A DNA stretch of 56,145 nt, taken from assembly GCA_050117845.1 (NCBI GenBank), contig JASFLY010000018.1, forward strand, positions 1 through 56,145, read 5' to 3'. This DNA comes from Candidatus Zixiibacteriota bacterium (lineage in GTDB: Bacteria; RBG-13-66-14; B26-G2; WVWN01). The position numbers were made by a program, and so were the translations under genes. Position 1 is the stretch's first letter. The number at the start of each line of letters is the position of its first letter. The notes under the pieces are model-generated. The model was not told where the DNA came from. It ran no database searches and was given only the letters and a program-made list of their open reading frames with translations. Below are positions 17,450 through 26,463 of this stretch, one piece after another.

Positions 17450-20208
17450 CGGCCGTAATCATAAGCGCTATACTCACCGCCTCCGCGGCCGGGGCGTACA
17501 CCTACTTCGGCAAGAACAAGGTCCAGTACTACAAGCACGACTGGCACGTCATCAAAGGCGATCACGTCGACCTCTACTTCTACGGGGCCGAACGCGAACT
17601 GGCCGAGCGGGCCATCGGCCTGGCCGAGGAGGGTTGGGACGACCTCTCCTACCGGATGGATTTCGTGCCCCGCAAGCGCGTACCCCTCATCATTTACAGC
17701 TCCCACAGCGAATTCCAGGAAACCAACATCCTCCCCTACATCCTCCCCGAGGGCGTGGCCGGTTTCACCGAACTGCTGCGGCATCGCGTCGTCGTTCCCT
17801 TCGACGGTTCGTACCCCCGTTTCCGCCGGGTCATCCGCCACGAATTGACCCACTTCTTCATGTACCAGAAACTGCACGACATTTACGCCGACCACAACCG
17901 CTACGACTACGGCAGCCCCCCTTTCTGGTACGTCGAGGGTTTGGCCGAATACATGTCCAAGGACCCGGATCCCTTCTCGGATATCTTCCTCGCGGACGCG
18001 CTCTACAGCGGACGGCTCGTACCGCTCAGGCAATGGCGGCACATCGCCGGGACCTATCTGGCGTACAAGGAGGGGGAATCGGCGCTTCGCTACCTGGCCG
18101 ACACGTACGGCGAGGATAAGGTCCTGGCGATAATGGACAAGGCGTGGCTGGACCGCAACTACGACGACGTGTTGGACCTCGTTCTGCCGATACCGTTCAA
18201 GGAGTTCGACGAGGAGTGGCAGCTCTACCTCCGCAAACGTTACTGGCCGCGCTACGCCGAACGCGAAGAGCCGGGGACCATGGGGCAGGAACTCACCAAA
18301 GGCGGCGGCCTCCGGAACGGCGTCGCCTGGCTAGACTCCCGGCGGCTCGTCTACCTCTCGGAAGAGGACGGCCGGGCCACGCTGTACCTGATGACGTTGC
18401 GGCCCGACGGCCGGCGGGCTGATACCCGCAAACTCGTCGTTGGCGGCAAAACCCCCGCCTATTCCGCCATCCACGTTTACCGGGAGAGGACGGGGACGCA
18501 CGGCGAACGCCTCGTCGCGTTCACCGCCCGGGCGGGAGCGCGGGACCGCCTGTACGTATACGACGTAACGAAAGGCCGGGTAATCGAGGACTACGAATTC
18601 GACGACCTGATAATCCTCGGGTCGCCGGCGTTCTCCCCGGACGGAAGCCGCATCGTCTTCCGGGGCCTGAACCGCGGAGGATGGGCGGACCTGTATGTCT
18701 TGACGCGGGCGACGGGCGAGAAAACCCGTCTGACCGAAACGCTCGCCGACGACGTATACCCCTGTTGGACCGAGGAAGGGATAGTATTCGCGTCCGAAGG
18801 CAACGCGGCCTATACGGAGGATTATTACAACCTCTACCGGGTCGACCCCGCCACCGGCGAAACCGAACGCCTGACCGAAGGGCCGTGGCGCGACCTCTAC
18901 CCGGCCCGAGCCGAGGACGGTTCCCTGTACTTCAGTTCCGACCGCAACGGCTTCTACGACGCGTACCGCCGTAGCCCGGACGGCGCGGAGACGAAGATGT
19001 CGAAGGTACTCACGGGCGTGCTGGAGGTCGTGCCCCGGCCGGGCGGGGACGACGGTGAAGTGGCGTTCATCGGCCTCGCGAAGCAGAGCTACAACGTCTA
19101 CAAGGCCACGCTGGAAGCCGAGGAAGCGGCCCCGGCCGCCCCGGCCGAAGGCCCCGTCGCCGTCGACTTCCCGTCGAAGTCACCGGGTACGAGCTTCCCG
19201 GTTCAAAAATATAAAAAGAGATTCGCGCTCGACTACTTCGCGGGGGAGGTCGCGTACGGGCCGGAATTCGGGACCGAGACCGGCGTGGTGTTCCTCTTCG
19301 CGGACATTTTAAGCGACGAGCATATAGCGGTCCAATTCGGAAACGACGCCGCCAACATCGACGAGTTCCTGGAGCGGACGAGCGTCGGCGTGGACTACTA
19401 CAACCTCCGGAACCGGGTCGGATACGGCCTGGGCGCGTTCCACTACGTGCGCGACTATTTCGATTACCTCTACGGCATCTCGGGGCGGTATTACAGCGAG
19501 ACCCGCGCCGGCGCGGGGGGTACGGTCGCCTATCCGTTCGATCGTTTTCACCGCGTTGGCGCGAGCCTTTACCTGTACGAGTTGAAGCGGGAGTGGGAGA
19601 TAGCCTCGCCGCCCGAGTACGGCTCCAAGGCCTCGCCCTACGTTTACGCGTCCCGTGATACGTCGCTCTGGTACGGGGACGGCCCCATCGACGGCGATCG
19701 CGTTCACGTTACGACCGGCATCACCGAGGACATCTGGCGAGGCCGGATGGATTACGTTTACGTCCTCGGCGACCTCCGACATTACATCCGAACGACCCGG
19801 TCGCAATGCTTCGCCCTCCGCCTCACCGGCGTGGGCACCTTCGGCAAAGATGCCCGGCCCCTTTATTCCGGCGGCAGCCTCTCGATGCGAGGTTACAATT
19901 GGTTCGACTTCCGCGGGAGGCGCTTCGGGATGTTCAACGCGGAGTACCGCTTTCCGGTCGTCGACACGTCCGGCCTGCGGACCGCCGTCGGCACGGCGAT
20001 ACTGCCCCCCGTCCGCGGGGCCCTCTTCTTCGACGCCGGCCAGGCGTGGGACGACAAGCTCGAAACCGTCAGGGGCGGTTTCGGCGTCGGCGTTCGCGTT
20101 ATACTGTGGGGCTTCTTGGTCCTGCGCACCGACCATACGGTACTGACCGATTTCAAATCCCTGGGGCCCGTCGTCCCGATAAAATTCTTCGTGGGCTGGA
20201 GTTACTGA
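17437..20208 (+). CDS. Omp85/BamA-TamA-family outer membrane protein with N-terminal peptidase MA-like and TolB/PD40 propeller domains
   Basis: Signal peptide; FGKNKVQY; HELTH..EGLAEY zincin motif; PAFSPDG repeats; MRGY, NAEYRFP and FFDAGQAW barrel motifs; terminal aromatic residue. Confidence 0.85.
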   Translation: MRRLTAVIISAILTASAAGAYTYFGKNKVQYYKHDWHVIKGDHVDLYFYGAERELAERAIGLAEEGWDDLSYRMDFVPRKRVPLIIYSSHSEFQETNILPYILPEGVAGFTELLRHRVVVPFDGSYPRFRRVIRHELTHFFMYQKLHDIYADHNRYDYGSPPFWYVEGLAEYMSKDPDPFSDIFLADALYSGRLVPLRQWRHIAGTYLAYKEGESALRYLADTYGEDKVLAIMDKAWLDRNYDDVLDLVLPIPFKEFDEEWQLYLRKRYWPRYAEREEPGTMGQELTKGGGLRNGVAWLDSRRLVYLSEEDGRATLYLMTLRPDGRRADTRKLVVGGKTPAYSAIHVYRERTGTHGERLVAFTARAGARDRLYVYDVTKGRVIEDYEFDDLIILGSPAFSPDGSRIVFRGLNRGGWADLYVLTRATGEKTRLTETLADDVYPCWTEEGIVFASEGNAAYTEDYYNLYRVDPATGETERLTEGPWRDLYPARAEDGSLYFSSDRNGFYDAYRRSPDGAETKMSKVLTGVLEVVPRPGGDDGEVAFIGLAKQSYNVYKATLEAEEAAPAAPAEGPVAVDFPSKSPGTSFPVQKYKKRFALDYFAGEVAYGPEFGTETGVVFLFADILSDEHIAVQFGNDAANIDEFLERTSVGVDYYNLRNRVGYGLGAFHYVRDYFDYLYGISGRYYSETRAGAGGTVAYPFDRFHRVGASLYLYELKREWEIASPPEYGSKASPYVYASRDTSLWYGDGPIDGDRVHVTTGITEDIWRGRMDYVYVLGDLRHYIRTTRSQCFALRLTGVGTFGKDARPLYSGGSLSMRGYNWFDFRGRRFGMFNAEYRFPVVDTSGLRTAVGTAILPPVRGALFFDAGQAWDDKLETVRGGFGVGVRVILWGFLVLRTDHTVLTDFKSLGPVVPIKFFVGWSY

Positions 20209-20211
20209 CGC

Positions 20212-20240
20212 TTGACGGTGCCGGAACGGTCGGTTATAAT
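20212..20240 (+). promoter_or_regulatory. sigma70 promoter
   Basis: TTGACG-17 nt-TATAAT followed by an AAGGAG RBS. Confidence 0.8.
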
Positions 20241-20261
20241 TTACTAATAAAAGGAGCAAAT

Positions 20262-20966
20262 ATGAACCTTAGGGCTTTTATCACGTTGTGTTTATGCGTA
20301 GCCGCGGTCCCGGCCTTCGGCCTCGTCAATTTCAAAGCCGGCTACACGTCCACCCTGGGCGAATTGGGCGAACGTTACGACGGCGGCATCGGCGGCATGT
20401 TGGAACTCGAAATCGGCCTGCCGGGCCCCGTCGCCATCGTGCCCATGGGCGGGTACACCCAACTCGGCCAGGACAAGGAATTCACGGACGTCCTCAACGA
20501 GTACATCGAGGAATACTGGCCTCCGCTCGTACCATTGCCGGAAGAGTTGCGGGATCTGGGTGAAATAAACTCCAGCATGTACTACTTCGGCGCCGGCGTA
20601 CGCGCGTACGCCGTTGAAAACGTGGCTATTAAAATCCACGTGGAAGGCGGCGGCGGTTACTACTACCGCGACATGGAAGCGCAGGGTGTGCCGCTCTCGC
20701 TCATCGCGAGCTTTATCCCGGAATTCGAGGAGTTCGAGGACGCGGTGGAACCGGAAACCGGCTTCGGCCTCCACGTCGACTTCGGCCTCGAGTTGTTCCC
20801 GGTATCGCCGGTGGCGCCGCAAATCGGCGCGCGCTACATCCACGCCTTCGGTATAGGCCGGACCAAAGTGGACGCCTTCCTGGAGAAGAACGTTCGCGGT
20901 TTCTCGGCCCCCGAGAGCGAGAACGTGGACCTTTTCCTGTTCTACGGCGGCTTGGGCATCTTCTAA
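20262..20966 (+). CDS. Outer membrane beta-barrel protein (small OmpA/OmpW-like barrel)
   Basis: True start MNLRAFITL; signal peptide; amphipathic beta-strands; C-terminal Phe. Confidence 0.75.
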   Translation: MNLRAFITLCLCVAAVPAFGLVNFKAGYTSTLGELGERYDGGIGGMLELEIGLPGPVAIVPMGGYTQLGQDKEFTDVLNEYIEEYWPPLVPLPEELRDLGEINSSMYYFGAGVRAYAVENVAIKIHVEGGGGYYYRDMEAQGVPLSLIASFIPEFEEFEDAVEPETGFGLHVDFGLELFPVSPVAPQIGARYIHAFGIGRTKVDAFLEKNVRGFSAPESENVDLFLFYGGLGIF

Positions 20967-20985
20967 GAAAAGTATTCGGGCGAAC

Positions 20986-21018
20986 AAAAACCCGGCCGCG
21001 CGGCCGGGTTTTCTTTTT
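20986..21018. terminator. Bidirectional intrinsic terminator
   Basis: AAAACCCGGCCG-CG-CGGCCGGGTTTT inverted repeat flanked by A and T runs, between convergent genes. Confidence 0.85.
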
Positions 21019-21045
21019 CGATCGGATAACGTCTACTCTACTCAT

Positions 21046-22146
21046 CTACTCATTCAACACGGCGGCGAACGCGTCAATAAACGCCTGGTTCTCCTCCGCC
21101 GTGCCCACCGAAACGCGAAGCGCTTCCGGCAAACCCCATCCGGCCATCGGGCGGACCACGACACCGCGCTTCATCAGGGCCTCGTACAACGGGGCGGCGT
21201 CCCGACCCAGGTGGAGAAGGATGAAATTAGCTTCGGACGGCACGTATTTCACGCCAAGTTCGTCGAAGGCTTTATACAGCTGTTCGCGGCCCGCGACCAC
21301 CATCTCGCGGCTGCGAACCAGGTGTTCGTCGTCCTCGAGCGCCGCCACGCCGGCGACCTGGGCCAGACGGTTGGCATTGAAGGGTTGACGGATGCGGTGC
21401 ATGTGGGATATAAGCTCGGGCGCCGCGGCCGCCCAGCCGAGGCGGAGGCCCGCCAGGCCGTAGTTCTTCGAAAAACTCCGCATGACCATTACCTGTCGGC
21501 CGGCCTTCACGTAATCCAGGCCGTCCGGGTAATCCTCGGCGGTCACGAAATCGAAATACGCCTCGTCCAGAACGACGATGACGTGCGGCGGGATTTTATC
21601 CAGGAACGCCTCGACTTCCGCCCGCGTTACGATCGTCCCGGAGGGGTTGTTCGGGTTGGCGATGAACACAACCTTACTCCGGTCGTCCAACGCGTCGGCT
21701 ATGGCCGGGAGGTCGAACCGGTCGTCGCGCAAGGGTACGGCGCGGAACTCGGCGTCCATGATAAGCGCCGCGATTTTATACATGATGAACGACGGGTGCC
21801 CCGAAACGACGTTGTCTCCCGGGCCGACGAAGGTCTTGGTGACCAGCTCGCAGAGGTCGTTGGCGCCGTTGCCCAGGATTATCTGGTCGAAAGTCAGGCC
21901 GAACTTCGCGACGAGGGCATGTACGAGGTAATGGCCGGAACCTTCGGGGTAGCGGCAAACCTCGGTCAGCGCCTCGCGCATGGCCTCCACCGCTTTGGGT
22001 GAGGGGCCGAGGCTGTTTTCGTTCGACGCCAGTTTGACCACTTTCTCCAGGCCCAACTCCCGTTGGACCTCGCCCACCGGTTTGCCGGGTTTGTACGGGA
22101 ATATCTCTTCGATGATTTTCCGGGGTTTAATACTCACCAGAACCAC
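21046..22146 (-). CDS. hisC: Histidinol-phosphate aminotransferase
   Basis: KLASNEN, ANPNNPSG, LDEAY and RSFSKNYGLAGLRLG (PLP lysine) motifs. Confidence 0.93.
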   Translation of the reverse strand: MVLVSIKPRKIIEEIFPYKPGKPVGEVQRELGLEKVVKLASNENSLGPSPKAVEAMREALTEVCRYPEGSGHYLVHALVAKFGLTFDQIILGNGANDLCELVTKTFVGPGDNVVSGHPSFIMYKIAALIMDAEFRAVPLRDDRFDLPAIADALDDRSKVVFIANPNNPSGTIVTRAEVEAFLDKIPPHVIVVLDEAYFDFVTAEDYPDGLDYVKAGRQVMVMRSFSKNYGLAGLRLGWAAAAPELISHMHRIRQPFNANRLAQVAGVAALEDDEHLVRSREMVVAGREQLYKAFDELGVKYVPSEANFILLHLGRDAAPLYEALMKRGVVVRPMAGWGLPEALRVSVGTAEENQAFIDAFAAVLNE

Positions 22147-22173
22147 CTCGTTTCCGCCGTTAAAGAACCGTAT

Positions 22174-25100
22174 TCACTTCGCAAGGAACCCCACTTCGCC
22201 GGCGAGTCCCGGGTCGAGCTCCAGGGCCCGAGCGGCCGCTTCGCGCGCGGCCTCCCGCTCGCCGAGATTGTAATACGCCTTCGCCCGCAAGGCGAGCGCT
22301 TTCGGTAAACGTACGGGATCGTCCACGGCCTCGAGCTCGGCGAGCGCGTCGCGGTTCCGGCCGACCTCGACATAGGCGTCGGCGAGCAGGATGCGGTAAC
22401 CGTCCACCGTCGGGGCGGCGGCCCGGGCGCATTCGAGGTACGGGACGCCGGAGGCCGCCTCCCCCGTTCGCCGGTAATGGAAGCCGAGTGTGGCGTTGGC
22501 GAAGGCCGACGTCGGCTCGATCGTCAGCGCCTCGTTCAGCAGGCGCAAGCCCTTCTCCGACTCCCCCGTGGCCAACGCCATCTCGCCCAGCCGTTCCCGG
22601 ACGGCCGCGTTGGCGGGATCCTTCTCCATCGCCGCCTCGAGGACGCGCTTCCTGCCGGCGTCGTCGCCTTTACCTTTATAATAATCGTCGTACGAGAGGG
22701 AAATGGGCGAACCGGCCCCCTCCCGGGCGACGCCTTCCTTGTAGACTCGTTCCGCCTCGCTCCCCCGGCCCAATTTTAGATAACAGGCCGCGAGCGCGCG
22801 CCTCGCCCACGGGGAATCAGGATCGACGTCGACCGCGCGCTCCAACAGCGCCAGCGCCTCTTCCGGCCTGCCGGCGCGGCACAGCTCCTCGCCCCACACT
22901 ACGTACGGCTCGAGGTCGAAGGGGTTGATATCCCGCGCCGTCGCGAACGCGGCCTCGGCCGCCAGGTACGCCGCCCCCCCAACGTCTTCGGGGCGAACGT
23001 CCTCGGGACCGCCGAGCCCCCCTCCCGCCTCGGCCCAAGCCAACAGTATCGCGCCGTAGCGAGACCACCACAAGGAACCGGCCGGGACGTGAACCGCGGC
23101 CACCAACAACGTCGACCGGGCCCCTTCGGCGTCGCCGTTCTTGATTTGCAATTGGGCCCGGTCCAGGTAAAGCTCCAGGTCGCCCGGGTAGTCACAGCAG
23201 GCCTCGTTATAGGCGGCGAGGCCGGCCCTGACGCCGTGACACCGCGATACCGCACGCGCCCGGGCCCTCCAGGCCGAGAGGCTTCGGGGAACGGCGGGGC
23301 CGCTTAGAAACTCGGCCGCCTTCTCGTCCAGGCCACGCCGTTCGTAAAAGTCGGCCAGCGCCACCGCTAGGCCCGCGTCGCCGGGGTAGCGCGCGGCGCC
23401 ATCCCGGAGCGTTACTAGCGCCTTTTTATACTCGCCGAAATATTCCTCGGCGACGGCGTCCGCGGCGTACGCCGCCGGGGAGCTTACTCGGGCGCGAGGC
23501 AGGCCCGGCCGGCCGCCCCCCTCGTCCATCGCTACCAACGCGTCGCATTTCAAGACGCCCCGTACCGCGACCGCCAAACGGCGGTCCTCGGGCGATACAT
23601 TGTCGGCCAGCAGGATCTGGACCGCCCGTCGGTAATACCCGCGGCCTTCCCGGGCGTTGCCGGGCCGGGCAAGTAGCGCCTCCGCCAGTTCGACGTCCCA
23701 CTCCGGCTGTTCGTCGTGGAGCTGGTAGTAGCGCAGGCGGTCTATATCGTCCCGGAAGAATTCACCCTCCGAGGCCGCCTCTCCCCTCAACTCGGCCGCT
23801 TCCGCGCGGAACTCCTTCACGACGTCCGGAAGCGCGGCCAGCTCGCCGACGTCGTGGGCCAAGAGCGCCATTCCCAACAGGGCCTGGAGTTCCCAGCGAT
23901 TCTGCTCGACGTCGTGGCGCCGGGCCGGCACGAGGGCGAGGCCGACGTCCGCGTCGTCACTCGCCAAGGCCGGTACGGTCCCGGCTTCCCGAAAGGCGGC
24001 GTGAGCCCGAAGTCTCGTTTCAGCGTAACCTTCTCCCAGACGGTACGCCGCCGGCGACGCGATGCGCCCCGTCTCCGTCGATTCCAGTTCGAACGTTCGC
24101 CGGAACTCCTCCGCATACACGTCTTCGAGGCACAGGTCCCGGGCGTACGTATCGGGCATATTGCACACGGACGGCCGGAGAGACCGCGGCTCGTAGCCCC
24201 GTACGGCCATGAGCGCGAAAAGTAAGTCCCTCGGAAGACGGCGGGAAGTGGGGACCGACCGCAGGTAGGTTTTATAGGAATCTTCGTCGTCGATACCGGA
24301 CCTAACGAAAGCCGCGCCGCGACACAGATTCGGGTCTACGATGACGGCCTCGGCGAGGAGGCGTCGAGCGGCCGGCGTGTCGCCCTGCGCCGCTACGTAT
24401 AGCGCGTAGTACGGTTGGTGCGGATGCTTCATCACGCCGGCCGGGTCGGCGGCCACGGCCCGGGCCAGGTAATCCCCCGCCGCCTCGTCGTCGCCGAGTA
24501 CCCAGGCCAGCAAACCCAGCTTCTCCATGTAATCCGGGTTCCCCGGCGAACGCCGTAGCGCCGCCCGGTACGAATCGAACGCCGAGCGCAGGTCGCCGTC
24601 CGGTTCCGACAGGTAGAAGTTACCCAGGCGACGGTGCGGCCCCGCGGCCCAGGGCGCCCAGAATCCCGCCCGGTGGTAACAGCGCACGGCGCCCTTGGCG
24701 TCGCCCGCGAGGCGCAGCGCCTCGGCGCGGGCGACGTCCTGCCCCGACGCCGTCGCCAGAAGGCCCAGCGCCGACCCGATAACGACCATTACGATGAAAA
24801 CCGTCGTCAACCAGGAGGGCGACGCGGCCGCGAGGCCCCGCCGTCGGACGCCGCCCTCGTACATCGCGAGGGCCGCGAAGATTATTATCGGGATGGGAGA
24901 AAGAAGGGCCAGGCCCATCGCGACCGTGAGCACCGCCGCCGCCCCGGCCAGGCTGGCGCTCACCATGCCGAAGAAGAAACGGTCGCTTCGGACCTTGACG
25001 AGCGTTATACCCGCCCAGGCCGCGGTCTGGATCACGATGAACAGCGCCACGATTCCGAGCAACCCCATCGTCCCCACGACGTTGAGGATGACGCTGTCGC

Positions 25101-26427
25101 CGCGCCCCGTCAGGAATTCGGGAACGGCGACCAGTTCGTCGGGGGTCAGAACGCGCGCCTGGGCGATCCAGCCCATATCCGACCCCAGGCCGATTCCCGT
25201 TATAAGATGGTCGCCCAGAGCCGCGAACGCTACCCTGAACGTCAGGAGCCGCGTCGTGTACGCGAGGGGATTTAGGAACCGCGCCGCGCCGCCGGGAATC
25301 GCAACGACGACGACCAACACGAGTATGACGATTACCGCCACGGCGGACGACGCCAGGAGTTTCAGGTTCATCCGGCGCTCGGTTCCCCAGAAAGCGAAGG
25401 CGAACCAGAGGACCACCAACAACCCCAGGACGGCCGACTTCGAGAGGGTCAAAGCCGGGACGGCAATACAAAAAGCAATCTGTACCCACAACAGCCACCG
25501 CGGCGCCGCGGGGCGCGGCGACTTCACGGAGAGCAACAACAGCGGCAGCATCCCGACGAAATAGGCGCTGATGGCGTTACGCGGGATTCCCATCGTCCAG
25601 AACAATTCCTCCGGGGGGACGTTGAGAGGAATCCATTGCGCCACCATTACCAGCTTGGCCGCGAGCGCCACCTCGATAGTAATCCCGGCCAGGAGAAGCG
25701 CCCATACCAATCCCGCCGGGAGGGCTAGCACGTCCGCCGTCTCGATTTCACGGGCCAGAATGACGAAAAGGAGAAAACCGTTGGCGAGGAAGTATACCGA
25801 GCGGAAACTCCCGCTCCAATCGCGCGACCACAAAAGACTCGCGATGGCGGCCAGAACGAAGATGATTAGCGCCGCCCCGACGTACGACAACCGCGGTTTC
25901 CCGCTGGCCAAGGACTCCGTCTGGAAGAAAAATAGTACGGCGGTAAAGCCGAAGAATACGCCGAACGACCCGGCGGATAATTGGAAGAGTTGGCCGTTTA
26001 CGGCGGCCAACGTCAACAACGCGAAAAGGCCCCACGGTTTAAGGCTCCGGCCGGTCAGCCAGCAGTAGGCTCCGACGCCGACAATGACCATGAAAAGAGC
26101 CGGGTAAAAGAGGGGCCAGTTTGGAAGGGTTTCTACGTTATTGGCTATCGGGAGGGCCGCCATGGCCCGGCTGGCGATGGAAGCCGCGGCCACGACGCCG
26201 GCGATAAAAAAAACCGCCTCGCGCGGTTTAAAAACTCCCGGGGGGAGAAGGCTTTTGATGGAAAACCAATTTCGAACGCCCACGAACAGGAGGATGGCGG
26301 CGAACGCCACCGCGGCCCACCCGTACAGGCCGACGACGAAACCCGGCCCGGGCGCCGTGAAATCCAGTATTAAAACGCAGAGGGAGAAAACTAAAGCGAA
26401 TAAAATCGCGAGCGGCCGTTTGTACAC
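22174..26427 (-). CDS. O-antigen ligase/Wzy_C-like polytopic membrane protein with a long TPR C-terminal region
   Basis: About 560 aa multi-TM N-terminus with TLSKSA and R...HLITGIGLG motifs, followed by many TPR-like repeats. Confidence 0.75.
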   Translation of the reverse strand: MYKRPLAILFALVFSLCVLILDFTAPGPGFVVGLYGWAAVAFAAILLFVGVRNWFSIKSLLPPGVFKPREAVFFIAGVVAAASIASRAMAALPIANNVETLPNWPLFYPALFMVIVGVGAYCWLTGRSLKPWGLFALLTLAAVNGQLFQLSAGSFGVFFGFTAVLFFFQTESLASGKPRLSYVGAALIIFVLAAIASLLWSRDWSGSFRSVYFLANGFLLFVILAREIETADVLALPAGLVWALLLAGITIEVALAAKLVMVAQWIPLNVPPEELFWTMGIPRNAISAYFVGMLPLLLLSVKSPRPAAPRWLLWVQIAFCIAVPALTLSKSAVLGLLVVLWFAFAFWGTERRMNLKLLASSAVAVIVILVLVVVVAIPGGAARFLNPLAYTTRLLTFRVAFAALGDHLITGIGLGSDMGWIAQARVLTPDELVAVPEFLTGRGDSVILNVVGTMGLLGIVALFIVIQTAAWAGITLVKVRSDRFFFGMVSASLAGAAAVLTVAMGLALLSPIPIIIFAALAMYEGGVRRRGLAAASPSWLTTVFIVMVVIGSALGLLATASGQDVARAEALRLAGDAKGAVRCYHRAGFWAPWAAGPHRRLGNFYLSEPDGDLRSAFDSYRAALRRSPGNPDYMEKLGLLAWVLGDDEAAGDYLARAVAADPAGVMKHPHQPYYALYVAAQGDTPAARRLLAEAVIVDPNLCRGAAFVRSGIDDEDSYKTYLRSVPTSRRLPRDLLFALMAVRGYEPRSLRPSVCNMPDTYARDLCLEDVYAEEFRRTFELESTETGRIASPAAYRLGEGYAETRLRAHAAFREAGTVPALASDDADVGLALVPARRHDVEQNRWELQALLGMALLAHDVGELAALPDVVKEFRAEAAELRGEAASEGEFFRDDIDRLRYYQLHDEQPEWDVELAEALLARPGNAREGRGYYRRAVQILLADNVSPEDRRLAVAVRGVLKCDALVAMDEGGGRPGLPRARVSSPAAYAADAVAEEYFGEYKKALVTLRDGAARYPGDAGLAVALADFYERRGLDEKAAEFLSGPAVPRSLSAWRARARAVSRCHGVRAGLAAYNEACCDYPGDLELYLDRAQLQIKNGDAEGARSTLLVAAVHVPAGSLWWSRYGAILLAWAEAGGGLGGPEDVRPEDVGGAAYLAAEAAFATARDINPFDLEPYVVWGEELCRAGRPEEALALLERAVDVDPDSPWARRALAACYLKLGRGSEAERVYKEGVAREGAGSPISLSYDDYYKGKGDDAGRKRVLEAAMEKDPANAAVRERLGEMALATGESEKGLRLLNEALTIEPTSAFANATLGFHYRRTGEAASGVPYLECARAAAPTVDGYRILLADAYVEVGRNRDALAELEAVDDPVRLPKALALRAKAYYNLGEREAAREAAARALELDPGLAGEVGFLAK

Positions 26428-26463
26428 ACCCCTCCTCGACTCCGCTTCGACGGCCGGGGGCGC

